Assembly (NCBI GenBank): GCA_964249695.1
Contig: CAXUDF010000001.1
Span: 43,901-107,900 of the forward strand
Direction: 5' to 3'
Length of the DNA: 64,000 nt
Source of the DNA: an uncultured Acidobacteriaceae bacterium
GTDB lineage: Bacteria > Acidobacteriota > Terriglobia > Terriglobales > Acidobacteriaceae
Positions 46,926 to 56,401 of this stretch are shown here, piece by piece (position 1 is the first letter of the stretch; each line of letters begins with the position of its first letter). Made by a program: the position numbers and the translations under genes. Below the pieces are notes generated by a model. The model saw only the letters and a program-made list of their open reading frames with translations, was not told where the DNA came from and did no database searches.

Positions 46926-47762
46926 CTATAGCTTTACCAGCTCCGGCAGCTCCGGCGTGGCCGCCAGCAGCTCCTGCGTATAGGCTTCGCGCGGATGTTC
47001 GCACACCTGTTGCCACGTGCCCTCCTCCACCAGTTGGCCGCGCTGCAACACCGCCACGCGGTGGCAAAGATACCGCACCAGCGGCATGGAGTGCGAGATG
47101 AACAGGCAGGTCAGCCCATGGCGCACCTGCAGGTCGCGCAGCAGATTGATCACCTGCGCACCAACCGAAACATCGAGCGCGCTCACCGGTTCATCGAGCA
47201 CCAGGAGCTCCGGCCGCAGCGCCAGCGCACGGGCAATGTTGATCCGCTGCCGCTGGCCACCCGAAAACGCATGGGGGTGACGCGGCAGGGCATTGGCTTC
47301 GAGTCCGACCTCGGCCAGCAGAGCCGTAAGCCGCGCCTCCAGGCCCTCCGGTGGACGTTCGTTGTGGATGTGGAAGGGTTCGGCGAGCGACTGCCGGACG
47401 GTCATGCGCGGGTCGAGCGCGGCGTACGGGTCCTGAAAGACAAAAGCAAGCCGCCGCCGCAACCGGCGCAGGGCGCGCGGGCGTACCTGCAATAGATCCA
47501 GGGTTTGGGGCGGGCTATGTGCGTCGCCGGCGTCCAGTGTCGTCCGGTAGGTAATCTCGCCGGCCGTCGGTTCAATCAGCCGCAGCAGCATGCGCGCCAC
47601 GGTGCTTTTGCCGGAGCCTGATTCACCCACCAGCCCCAGCGTTTCACCGCGCCGCAGGGCCAGGGAAACGCCATCGACGACCCGCGTGTTGCCGTAAATC
47701 TTCACCAGGCCGCGCGCTTCGAGCATCGGAAGGTCCTGGGTGGCAGATATGGACGGGTTCAC
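46926..47762 (-). CDS. Peptide/nickel ABC transporter ATP-binding subunit (OppF/DppF-like)
   Basis: [29 protein letters not shown]; no permease nearby. Confidence 0.9.
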   Translation of the reverse strand: MNPSISATQDLPMLEARGLVKIYGNTRVVDGVSLALRRGETLGLVGESGSGKSTVARMLLRLIEPTAGEITYRTTLDAGDAHSPPQTLDLLQVRPRALRRLRRRLAFVFQDPYAALDPRMTVRQSLAEPFHIHNERPPEGLEARLTALLAEVGLEANALPRHPHAFSGGQRQRINIARALALRPELLVLDEPVSALDVSVGAQVINLLRDLQVRHGLTCLFISHSMPLVRYLCHRVAVLQRGQLVEEGTWQQVCEHPREAYTQELLAATPELPELVKL

Positions 47763-47900
47763 GATACCAGAGTAGAGGATGGCGCGCTCGATCGGTGTCC
47801 AACGTACGCCAGGTCAAACAGGATGACTTTTTGCAACTACATTCACAGAACTAAGCTGGTCGGGTCGAATGACAGAGTTGGCGTAGCAAAGCGCCCTCAA

Positions 47901-48374
47901 CTAACTCGTCTCACTGAAGATCAACTCCCAACCGACGGCAGTCTTCTCGAAGATTTCCGTAAACGTCCCTTCCGCATCGCCGCCATTCTTCTTTGTGCGC
48001 TGCAGGTGGTAGTGCCCGGTGGCGAGGGCAAAGGCCGGTCCCAGCTCGCGTACCTGCACCTCCGTCTGGTCGAGATGGCCCATGGCTTCCTTGCCCGCAA
48101 AAGCGATGTGGTAGGCCGAGCGAATATTCGACAGGCCGCGCACCGGCCCATTCAAGACGGCTTCGGTGTCCCTGGCATCTTTGAAATGCGAGAGGTAGAC
48201 ATCGAGATCGCCGTTGTTCCACGCCTTTTCCTGCGCAATCACCACTTTGGTGACATCCAGCTGGATGCGGCTGGCCGTGTACAGCTGATCGGGCGCCTGC
48301 GCAACGAGCATGGGACACAACAGGGGGGAGCAGGACAACACAAGCGACAGGGAAAAGACCGGGAAACAGCGCAT
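47901..48374 (-). CDS. Secreted NTF2-like (DUF4440/SnoaL) protein
   Basis: Signal peptide; QEKAWNNGDLDVYL, ATGHYHL, G.FT..FEKT..GW. Confidence 0.78.
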   Translation of the reverse strand: MRCFPVFSLSLVLSCSPLLCPMLVAQAPDQLYTASRIQLDVTKVVIAQEKAWNNGDLDVYLSHFKDARDTEAVLNGPVRGLSNIRSAYHIAFAGKEAMGHLDQTEVQVRELGPAFALATGHYHLQRTKKNGGDAEGTFTEIFEKTAVGWELIFSETS

Positions 48375-48455
48375 GGGGAGATCGTCTCGCGTCTCATCAT
48401 AAAAGACGGATGAGGGGATGATATTGAGCGCACGGAAATATCGTCCGCGCCTGGG

Positions 48456-48935
48456 CTAGCGCCCACCTGCCATCGGCGCCTGGGGCGTGCCGGTGGTATC
48501 GTCCCGCACAATCTTCCAGCCGGCCGCGGTCTGTTCCAGCACAAGCAGGAAGAAGCCATCGGCATTGCCGCCGCCGGCAACCGTCCGTTCCAGGTGAAAG
48601 TGGCCCGTAGCCGTGGCAAACTGCGCGTCCAAGGGCTGCACGGCGAGCTGCGAAAAGGTAAGTGTGCCCATCTTCTCGCGGGTGGGATAGCGCGCCTTGT
48701 AGCCCGCCAGCATGCCGGAGTAGCCGTGTTCGACCGTGCGGCCGATAAACAGGATGTCGGGTGCATTCTTGTAGCCCGTAGCGAACGCGTCCAGATCCCC
48801 GCGGTTCCAATCGGCGGCCTGGTGCTGCAGAAGCGCGGTGATGGCGGCGGTGCTATCGCGCCCTTGCGCCCCCGCAGGAACAGCCATGGCGAACAGCAAA
48901 AGCGGGCAGAAAGCGGCGAGGCGGAAAAGACCCAT
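48456..48935 (-). CDS. Secreted NTF2-like (DUF4440/SnoaL) protein, paralog of neighbour
   Basis: QAADWNRGDLDAF, MGTLTF, ATGHFHL, GWKIVRD; AGGAG SD before ATG at 48935. Confidence 0.8.
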   Translation of the reverse strand: MGLFRLAAFCPLLLFAMAVPAGAQGRDSTAAITALLQHQAADWNRGDLDAFATGYKNAPDILFIGRTVEHGYSGMLAGYKARYPTREKMGTLTFSQLAVQPLDAQFATATGHFHLERTVAGGGNADGFFLLVLEQTAAGWKIVRDDTTGTPQAPMAGGR

Positions 48936-48956
48936 TCGGAAACTCCTGACAGCCAA

Positions 48957-49012
48957 AACGTACAACGTACAACCTAGAACGTACAACCTAGAACGTACAA
49001 CCCAAAAGCTAC
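48957..49012. repeat. Heptamer tandem repeat (AACGTAC/AACCTAG) x8
   Basis: Directly visible 7-bp periodicity in a divergent intergenic region. Confidence 0.85.
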
Positions 49013-49046
49013 AACCCCGCACGGACGCCACGCCTACAATGAAGCT

Positions 49047-51206
49047 ATGCCCACGCGCGAAGTGCACGCGGTTTGCACGCTGGACTGCCCCGATTCCTGC
49101 GGTGTGCTGGTCACGGTAGACGAGCTCACCGGCCGTGCCGTGAAGGTGGGGGGCGATCCCGCGCATCCGGTCACGCGTGGATTTCTGTGCGGCAAGGTGG
49201 CCAAGTATCTGGACCGGGTGTATTCGCCCCAACGCCTGCTGTACCCCATGCGCCGGCGTGCCGGCGTGCCCAAAGGACCGCTGCCGCAGGGTCGCGAGGC
49301 CGAAGCCTTCGAACGCATCTCGTGGAACGAGGCGCTGGACGCCATCGCCGCGCAACTGCACGCCATCAGCACCGAGCACGGCCCCGAGAGCATCCTGCCC
49401 TACAGCTACGCAGGCACCATCGGGCAGCTCGGGTATGGCTCCATGGACCGGCGGTTTTTTCATCGCTTGGGGGCTTCGCAGCTCGACCGCACCATCTGCG
49501 CGAGTGCGGGCACGGCCGCGCTGAATGCCGTATACGGCACGCGGCTCGGCACCCCGCCACAGGACTTCGCGCATGCGGGTCTGATCCTCGCCTGGGGCGC
49601 CAACATCCACGGCAACAACATCCACCTGTGGCCCTTCATTGAGCAGGCCCGGCGCAATGGGGCCAGGCTGGTGGTCATCGATCCGTACCGCACCCGCACC
49701 GCCGCATTGGCTGACGAATGGCTGGCCATTCGTCCCGGCACCGATGGGCTGCTCGCCCTGGCGATGCTGCATGTCCTGTTCCGCGATGGCTATGCGGATG
49801 AAGCGTATCTCGACGCCTGCACGGAGGGCTGGCGCGACCTGCGCGACCATGTCCTGCGGCCGGAGCACGCGCCCGCGCAGGCAGCCGCCATCACCGGGAT
49901 CGATGCCGTGGTCCTGGAGCGCCTCGCACAGGCCTACGGGCAGGCCGGGCACGAGGGCCGCGGACCGGCGGCCATCCGGCTCAATTACGGCATCCAGCGC
50001 AGCGAAAACGGCGGCACCGCGGTGCGTGCGGTCGCCATGTTGCCGCTGGTGACCGGTGCGTGGCAGCAACGCGGCGGTGGCCTGTTGCTTTCGACCTCGG
50101 GGGCCTTTCCGTTCAACACCAAAAAGCTGCACCGGCCGGAGCTCATGCTGCAAAGCTCCCTCCGTCGGCCGGCGCGCACCGTCAACATGAACCAGCTCGG
50201 TGATGCGTTGACCGCGTTCACCGACCCGCCCGTGAAGGCGCTGTTTGTCTACAACTGCAACGCCGCGGCGGTGGCGCCCGACGCCAACCGCGTGCTCGCC
50301 GGGCTGCGGCGGGACGATCTGTTCACGGTCGTGCACGACCAGTTCTTCACCGACACCACCGACTACGCCGACGTCGTGCTGCCCGCCACGACCTTTCTGG
50401 AACATCGTGAGCTGATGGGGGCCTACGGGCACTACACCGTGCAGCTCTCCGAGCAAGCCATCGCGCCGCTGGGCGAAGCGCGGCCAAACCCGTGGATTTT
50501 TGCTGCGTTGGGCCGGCGCATGGGTGGGCTGATGGGCTTCGAGGAACCCGCGTTCGAAGACACTGACGAGGATCTGATCGCGCAGGCGCTCGACACGCCG
50601 CATCCGTGGATGGCCGGGATCACGCCGGCAGCGCTGGCCGGCGCCAAGCAGATGCCGCTTGCCCTGCCACAGAACGAGCGCGGCGAGACCTTGCCGTTCA
50701 GCGATGCAAGCTGGTTCGGCACGCCGAACGGCAAAGCCGCCCTGCTGCCGGTGCCGGTCTGGCAAGCACCCGCCGAATCCCGGAATGGGCACGGTTCTTC
50801 GGCAGATCAACCAGCGGCTGCACCGTTTCCGCTCGAATTTCTCTCCCGCAAGGCCGACAACTACATGAACACGACCTTCGCCAACCTGCCCGGACACCAG
50901 GCCATGGAACGGCGCACGGCAGGCATTCTCGAAGTGCACCCCGCGGACGCCCTGCCGCGTGGCATTGCAACCGGGGATGCCGTGGACGTATGGAATGCAC
51001 GTGGGCGGATCGAGTTGATCGCTCGCGTGGGAGCAAGCGTCGCCGAAGGCGTGGTGGCCACGCGTTTGGACTGGCAAAAGCTTTCGCCCACCGGCGCCAA
51101 TGTGAACGCATTGACCAGCCAGCGCCTTTCGGATCTCGGCGGCAGTGCGACCTTTTACTCGGTGCTGGTGGAGGTGAAACGCCGGAGTCCGGCAGCCGCC
51201 ATTTGA
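49047..51206 (+). CDS. Molybdopterin-dependent oxidoreductase
   Basis: CTLDCPDSC...LCGK Fe-S motif, [21 protein letters not shown]-terminal molybdopterin dinucleotide-binding domain. Confidence 0.9.
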   Translation: MPTREVHAVCTLDCPDSCGVLVTVDELTGRAVKVGGDPAHPVTRGFLCGKVAKYLDRVYSPQRLLYPMRRRAGVPKGPLPQGREAEAFERISWNEALDAIAAQLHAISTEHGPESILPYSYAGTIGQLGYGSMDRRFFHRLGASQLDRTICASAGTAALNAVYGTRLGTPPQDFAHAGLILAWGANIHGNNIHLWPFIEQARRNGARLVVIDPYRTRTAALADEWLAIRPGTDGLLALAMLHVLFRDGYADEAYLDACTEGWRDLRDHVLRPEHAPAQAAAITGIDAVVLERLAQAYGQAGHEGRGPAAIRLNYGIQRSENGGTAVRAVAMLPLVTGAWQQRGGGLLLSTSGAFPFNTKKLHRPELMLQSSLRRPARTVNMNQLGDALTAFTDPPVKALFVYNCNAAAVAPDANRVLAGLRRDDLFTVVHDQFFTDTTDYADVVLPATTFLEHRELMGAYGHYTVQLSEQAIAPLGEARPNPWIFAALGRRMGGLMGFEEPAFEDTDEDLIAQALDTPHPWMAGITPAALAGAKQMPLALPQNERGETLPFSDASWFGTPNGKAALLPVPVWQAPAESRNGHGSSADQPAAAPFPLEFLSRKADNYMNTTFANLPGHQAMERRTAGILEVHPADALPRGIATGDAVDVWNARGRIELIARVGASVAEGVVATRLDWQKLSPTGANVNALTSQRLSDLGGSATFYSVLVEVKRRSPAAAI

Positions 51207-51222
51207 TTCTGCATCTCACCCC

Positions 51223-52164
51223 GTGAGCCTCGCTGGACACACGCGAGCGCCTGGAGATGATGCCGTGCCGACCAGCTTGTACACCATGCAGGATCCCACC
51301 AAGCAGTACCCGCAACCCCCCTTCCCGCATCAGCCGCAGCCCGTGCCCGGCTTGGAAGGGGAGATGACGCCCAAGGCCGACCACGGCGAGACCACCTATG
51401 TCGGTTCAGGCCGCTTGCCCAATCGCAAGGCCCTGGTCACGGGCGGCGACTCCGGCATCGGCAAGGCCGTGGCGATTGCGTTTGCGCGCGAAGGCGCCGA
51501 TGTGGCGATTAACTACCTGCCGGGTGAAGAAAAAGACGCGCAGGAGACGGTCAAGCTGATCGAGGCCGCCGGTCGCAAAGCGTTCGCCATTCCGGGCGAC
51601 CTGAAGGATGAAGCCTTCAACTACAAGATGGTTGCAGAGGCGCACGAAAAGCTCGGCGGGCTCGATGTGCTGGCGCTGGTTGCCGGCAAGCAGCACGCGG
51701 TCGAAGCGATCGCGGATGTATCCACCCAGCAATTGGAAGAAACCTACCAGACCAATGTGTTTTCACTGTTCTGGACCGTGAAAGCCGCGTTGCCGCTGTT
51801 GCCGCCGGGCGCTACGATCGTCACCACGGCGTCCATCCAGGCCACGCAGCCAAGCCCGTCGCTGCTCGACTACGCGCCGACCAAGGCCGCCATCCTGAAC
51901 TTCACGCGCGGGCTAGCCAAGCAGGTCGTCGAAAAAGGCATTCGCGTGAACTGCGTTGCGCCCGGGCCGGTGTGGACGCCGCTCCAGACCTCAGGTGGAC
52001 AACCGGACAAGAAGATCCCGCAGCTTGGCGCGCAAGCTCCGATGAAGCGTCCCGCACAGCCCGTCGAAATGGCGCCCCTGTATGTGCTGCTGGCTTCCCA
52101 GGAGTCGAGCTACGTGACCGGTGAGGTGTATGGCGCTACGGGTGGAATGGAAGTGACAGGGTAG
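51223..52164 (+). CDS. SDR family oxidoreductase (YghA/YhxD-like); start may be GTG 51265
   Basis: [35 protein letters not shown]. Confidence 0.9.
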   Translation: MSLAGHTRAPGDDAVPTSLYTMQDPTKQYPQPPFPHQPQPVPGLEGEMTPKADHGETTYVGSGRLPNRKALVTGGDSGIGKAVAIAFAREGADVAINYLPGEEKDAQETVKLIEAAGRKAFAIPGDLKDEAFNYKMVAEAHEKLGGLDVLALVAGKQHAVEAIADVSTQQLEETYQTNVFSLFWTVKAALPLLPPGATIVTTASIQATQPSPSLLDYAPTKAAILNFTRGLAKQVVEKGIRVNCVAPGPVWTPLQTSGGQPDKKIPQLGAQAPMKRPAQPVEMAPLYVLLASQESSYVTGEVYGATGGMEVTG

Positions 52165-52183
52165 ACGGAATTCACCCACTCGT

Positions 52184-52307
52184 TTGTCATCCTGAACGCA
52201 ATCACCACAGCTCGTCATCCTGAACGCAGTGAAGGACCTCCGTATTTCGCCGGCCGTTTATACGCCCATAGAACGCGAAGATCCCTCACCGCGCTCAGGA
52301 TGACAAC
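52184..52307. repeat. REP-like GTCATCC doublet with a duplicated partial left arm
   Basis: TTGTCATCCTGAACGCA, then CGTCATCCTGAACGCAGTGAAGGACC ... GATCCCTCACCGCGCTCAGGATGACAAC. Confidence 0.85.
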
Positions 52308-52323
52308 CACCGGCGAAAAGACC

Positions 52324-52530
52324 CTACGTCCCCAGCGCCGGCCGGATCTCTGCATCCGGATGCGGCTCATTGCCGCGAGGCCGTTGGACCGGTGCGGGCA
52401 TCGCCCCCGGGCCAGGCAGGGGTTGATCGGGAGCAAATTCGTTGTCGCCCTCCGGCGTGGCTTCGATGTCGGAGGTATTCTCCGGAACGGTGTCGTTCAC
52501 CTCAACGGGACTTACTGGAAAATCAGCCAT
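52324..52530 (-). CDS. Small acidic Pro-rich hypothetical protein coupled to scpB
   Basis: TAATG overlap with the scpB stop and GGGAG SD; 68 aa. Confidence 0.45.
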   Translation of the reverse strand: MADFPVSPVEVNDTVPENTSDIEATPEGDNEFAPDQPLPGPGAMPAPVQRPRGNEPHPDAEIRPALGT

Positions 52531-53714
52531 TAGTCGTCACTCCCCCCATTTCCCATCTGCTCAGCTTGAGCTGACTGCACAGCCGCGTCGTTTGCCGGGG
52601 AATCCGTCATCTCGTCGCCGCGATCGTCATACGTGGGCGGCAGGCCCGATATCCGGCCGTCGACCTCCACATTGTCGACCGGCGGTGCCGTCTCATTGCC
52701 CGTAAACTCTCCCGGACCGTCTGGGGCCGGGGTGAGGTGCTCCCTATCGGCTTCTGCTGCCGTCAAGGGAGGCGTCCCCTCGCGAGCCGCCTTTTGGGCA
52801 AGCACCGGGGCATTCGGGTCGCCGTCGGCCTGGGCTGCGTGTTCCTCCCGGCTCGGCTCCACCTCCCGAGCGACGTCGGCAGGGGAAAGAGGCTCCGTTT
52901 CGGCAGCAACCGCGGTCGGCACCACGGGCGTTTCCCGGCCTGTGAGGGGCTCCTGTCTGTTGCCCATGTCCGGCATGTGTATCTCCTCTTCCATCTCTTC
53001 GCCAGCCTCGTTCAGGTCCGAGGCCATGCGTTCAAACTCTTCGATGCCCGGAAGCTCATTCAGGTCTTTCAAGCCGAAGCGCAGCAGAAATTCCTTGCTG
53101 GTCTTGTACAACAGCGGGCGGCCGATGACCTGCTTGCGACCGGCGGCCGTCACCAGCTTGCGCGTCAAAAGGCTGCCCAGAACGCCCCCCGAGTCCACGC
53201 CGCGGATCTCCGAGATCTCGGGCGCCGTTACCGGTTGTTTGTAGGCGATCACGGCCAGCGTCTCAAGCGCCTGCAGGCTAAGCTTCAGCGGCGGTTTCAG
53301 CGAGCGCACGAAGCCGCGCACGGCATCGTGGTACTCGGGCTTGGTCGCAAAACGGAAGCCTCCGGCAATCTCCCGGATCTCCAGTCCGCGGTCCCCATCA
53401 CGGTACTCGGCAATGAGCGCATCCAGCACGGAACGCAGGTGGTCGCGCACCCGGCGCTCACGGGCACGCAGCGCCGCCGGTGTGGGTAGGTCCGCTCCAG
53501 CATCCGAAGGCACCCCTCCGACCATAAGCGCCTCTCTGGACGGCATCTTGGTCTCCTCGCCCTCCTGGCCGCTTTCGAGCGCTAACTCCCCCTGCGAGCT
53601 GTCCGCGACCAGTTCGGCCCGCGTCTCCTCCCCGAGCAGAGCGATGAGCTGCGGCAGCGTCACCGGCTCCTCCGCGGCATAGATGACGGCTTCGATCTTT
53701 CCTCTTAGGCTCAT
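52530..53714 (-). CDS. scpB: SMC-Scp complex subunit ScpB with long disordered C-tail
   Basis: KIEAVIYAAEEP, EIAGGF, LSLQALETLAVIAYKQPVT, IRGVDS, GRPLLYKTSKEFL. Confidence 0.95.
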   Translation of the reverse strand: MSLRGKIEAVIYAAEEPVTLPQLIALLGEETRAELVADSSQGELALESGQEGEETKMPSREALMVGGVPSDAGADLPTPAALRARERRVRDHLRSVLDALIAEYRDGDRGLEIREIAGGFRFATKPEYHDAVRGFVRSLKPPLKLSLQALETLAVIAYKQPVTAPEISEIRGVDSGGVLGSLLTRKLVTAAGRKQVIGRPLLYKTSKEFLLRFGLKDLNELPGIEEFERMASDLNEAGEEMEEEIHMPDMGNRQEPLTGRETPVVPTAVAAETEPLSPADVAREVEPSREEHAAQADGDPNAPVLAQKAAREGTPPLTAAEADREHLTPAPDGPGEFTGNETAPPVDNVEVDGRISGLPPTYDDRGDEMTDSPANDAAVQSAQAEQMGNGGSDD

Positions 53715-53953
53715 AGCGTTCGCGGTGACTCCCTTCGGCTCCCCATCGCGGCTGCGCCGGCTGTGAGGTGGTCTCGTCCAGAGCCTCGGCCATGCTACCA
53801 AGGGGGCACACCTGATGAAAGCGTCTCCACCGCTCCGCGCCCCGCTTCTATGGCGCAGCAGGCGATCCCTTCGTGTGCCTAGACGGCTTAGACGGCTTAG
53901 AAAACGAGTTTTGGCTGTTCTTGCTGTTCTTCCTGAGCGAGTAGGATAGCGAT

Positions 53954-54331
53954 ATGCATCCTGCGGCGAGAGTCACGGACGCGACAGCGCATGGAAGCCC
54001 CCTGTTTCCGGGTACAGGAAGTCCCAACGTATCCATTGGTGAACTTCCTGCATGGCGTGCGCTCCTCGACAAACATCTGTGTGCCGCCATACCCGACGGG
54101 GTAGGGACGGTGCTGCTGGGCAGCCCCACCGTGCGGATCAATGGCATGATGGCCGTGCGCATGGGCGACATCGTGACAGAGGTGCCAGGGGCGGCGATGG
54201 GCGCGGTAAATCCGATTGTGTGGGGCTGTCCTACGGTCTTGATTGGTGCAGGGCCTAGCCCTCAGGCACTGTCGTTACTGTCAGCTGCAGAGGCAGCAAA
54301 GCCGTTTTGCGCGGTTTGCGCCGGGAGATAA
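53954..54331 (+). CDS. PAAR domain protein
   Basis: PAARVTD, GSPNVSIG..PAWR, GSPTVRING..AVRMGD, GCPTVLIG, C-terminal PFCAVC. Confidence 0.9.
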   Translation: MHPAARVTDATAHGSPLFPGTGSPNVSIGELPAWRALLDKHLCAAIPDGVGTVLLGSPTVRINGMMAVRMGDIVTEVPGAAMGAVNPIVWGCPTVLIGAGPSPQALSLLSAAEAAKPFCAVCAGR

Positions 54332-54387
54332 GGCGCCTGGCTGTGCTTGGGGCATGCGAGCGCTGAAGAGTTGCCGACATATTGAGG

Positions 54388-55080
54388 CTAAACCGGAGCC
54401 CAGGGAGGCGGCAGCGGGGACCAGGAGCCGGGGTCGCCGAGGCGTTCTAGCGGCAGGCGCATCTGCTGTGCTGCGAGCCACCCCCACGCTTTGACCTCAG
54501 CCATATTTTCAGGGCCGGGCAGCTCGCGGGACGTAAGCATCCAGGCAAGGCGAAACTCATAATTGTCAATCGTGCTATCTACGAGCACCATAGGGTTGAT
54601 GTAGTCCGTGCTTTCCCGCCACGCATAGATAAAGCGATCCCACGGGCTCACAGGACCGAGGTCGTAAACGTCCAAAGAAGGCATCTGGGCCAAAGTCTCG
54701 CGAAGTCGCAGAAGAAAGGCGGGCGGCTGCGGGAGCGGTTCGTGGCGCGGCGAGCCTCGATAGCGCGCAATGCTGCTCCAAAGATGAAGTGCCACGCCAT
54801 CAGGCAAGCGAAAAATGTCCTTGCCCCAGCGATGCAGATACTCGACAAATGCCGGGTCAAAGGCGTCACCCATCCACCCTGCGATATGGGGGATTGCGTC
54901 CAGCGCACCGCTACCTTCGAGTTCTCGTTGGCGAAATGCGGCGAGGTGCCTCCGCACGCCTTCCACAAAGCCTTCCGGCACAACCAGGCCCATGCGCCCG
55001 AAATACGGCGCAGCTACGTCTAGGCTCAAGGTTTGAAAAATTTCTTCCCAATTTTCAATTTCAAATACAAGCTCGGGCAT
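54388..55080 (-). CDS. Hypothetical protein, putative immunity protein
   Basis: Open frame directly downstream of the putative toxin; no recognisable motif, role inferred from position. Confidence 0.5.
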   Translation of the reverse strand: MPELVFEIENWEEIFQTLSLDVAAPYFGRMGLVVPEGFVEGVRRHLAAFRQRELEGSGALDAIPHIAGWMGDAFDPAFVEYLHRWGKDIFRLPDGVALHLWSSIARYRGSPRHEPLPQPPAFLLRLRETLAQMPSLDVYDLGPVSPWDRFIYAWRESTDYINPMVLVDSTIDNYEFRLAWMLTSRELPGPENMAEVKAWGWLAAQQMRLPLERLGDPGSWSPLPPPWAPV

Positions 55081-55099
55081 GTTTGCTCTCGTAGTGGAA

Positions 55100-55554
55100 C
55101 TAGGGGATAACGGCATTTTCGGGAATCGTCCACCAGAGCGGGGGAAAGAGTGAAGGGATCATGCGAATGACACGGTAGGTGATGTACCCGGCCCCAATGG
55201 CGCCCCCTACTTCAGCGGTCCGCTTAAGAGCTTGGTTTTCAGATTTCGGGTCTGCGGCAGGCACGGGCCGCGTTGCCAAATCCTCTGCCCCTCGGGCGGG
55301 TCACCGCACTGATTATCGTCCCATTTTCGTAGTAGCTTGCGAAGACCTCTTTGCTGGTCCTCATACTGCTGTCGCTCACCTTGCAGCGAACGGTTTCCGT
55401 AACGCGGATCAGGCTGGGCCGGTCTCGTTTCGGGAAGATTGCCTTTGTTTTCGCGCAAATCCAGGTCGCGTTTCTGGATATTGGCCATAAAACGCAGAAT
55501 CTCTGCCAGCAAATCCTTGCATGGGTCGGGACAGTTCTGGGTGGCGGCGCCCAT
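55100..55554 (-). pseudogene. Putative polymorphic toxin/effector with a 1-nt frameshift near 55288-55291
   Basis: Adding one G to the G4 run extends the frame from ...CGDPPEG into AEDLATRPVP...GGAIGAGYITYRVIRMIPSLFPPLWWTIPENAVIP-stop (TAG 55100-55102), ending 19 nt before the next ATG. Confidence 0.62.
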
Positions 55555-56093
55555 CAGCGCTGCTCCTGAGCGAGCCAGCCTCGCGCTTCTGCGCCCTGGT
55601 GGACGGCATGCATGCGGAGCTCTTCATCAAGGCCGGCCTGATCGAGCAACGGGGCAATCCAACTGAGATCCGAGGCGCCCCGGCTGTGCCCAGCAAGAAC
55701 GAGGGTAGCGAGCCAGGCGGCACCCTCATCGGCTAACACGTTGTGTGCCTCTGCAAAGGTGACGGTACCGCGGCAGAACTCGGGGAGGTTGATGCCCTGG
55801 GTCAAAGGCTCTTGATAGAGACGCAGGTAGACTTCCAGACGCGAGGCCAGATCCTCTTTTGGACCGAGATGGGTAAGGCAGGAGACCACATACCGGGTCA
55901 CCGAAGCATCGCTTCGCAGGCCCCAGATGCGGGCATCGCGTATGCGCTCCGCGACCTCTTTGCCGAGCTCTGCATCCTCGGGTGGAAGGGGAATACGAAC
56001 CTGCGAGCGCAGCTGCTTCACGATTCTTTCGCACAAGCTGCGATCTGCCTTTTCATCAAGGGCGGCGAGTTGGCTCTGCGAGATGGTCAACAT
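55554..56093 (-). CDS. Hypothetical protein resembling T6SS effector adaptor-associated (DUF4123 C-terminal-like) proteins
   Basis: MLTISQSQLAAL...ARIWGLRSDASVTRYV pattern; TGATG overlap with the toxin gene. Confidence 0.5.
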   Translation of the reverse strand: MLTISQSQLAALDEKADRSLCERIVKQLRSQVRIPLPPEDAELGKEVAERIRDARIWGLRSDASVTRYVVSCLTHLGPKEDLASRLEVYLRLYQEPLTQGINLPEFCRGTVTFAEAHNVLADEGAAWLATLVLAGHSRGASDLSWIAPLLDQAGLDEELRMHAVHQGAEARGWLAQEQR

Positions 56094-56199
56094 GATCGGG
56101 GCTGTGCCGCAGTATCTCATTCGTCCACTCAAGTGGCAGGAAACGCCGAGGCGGTCGCCGGCTCCACGTGAGCGGGTGACGCCGCTGCTTCAACAAGCG

Positions 56200-56236
56200 A
56201 AACAGCAGATTCCTTCGCGACGCTGCGGAATAACAA
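56200..56236 (+). repeat. Degenerate copy of the GIY-YIG element right arm
   Basis: AAACAGCAGATTCCTTCGCGACGCTGCGGAATAACAA, 31/37 identical to 30118-30154. Confidence 0.78.
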
Positions 56237-56273
56237 TCAAACGAAAGACTTACGCCCGCCAAGGTATAACAGC

Positions 56274-56393
56274 AGCTAACAGCTAACAGCTAACAGCTAG
56301 TAGCTAGTAGCTAGTAGCTAGTAGCTAGTAGCTAGTAGCTAGCAGCTAACAGCTAACAGCCAACAACTGACAACTGATCAACTGACAACTAAC
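56274..56393. repeat. Heptamer tandem array (AGCTAAC/AGCTAGT/AACTGAC), about 17 units
   Basis: Directly visible; includes six consecutive AGCTAGT units. Confidence 0.92.
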
Positions 56394-56401
56394 AACCCAG
56401 C

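Noticed and set aside
48936-51077. 873-aa minus-strand ORF 48456-51077
   Set aside because: Antisense shadow of the molybdopterin oxidoreductase; only the last ~159 codons (NTF2-like gene) look real.
56274-56393. Possible CRISPR array
   Set aside because: Seven-bp tandem units without unique spacers; no cas genes in the window.
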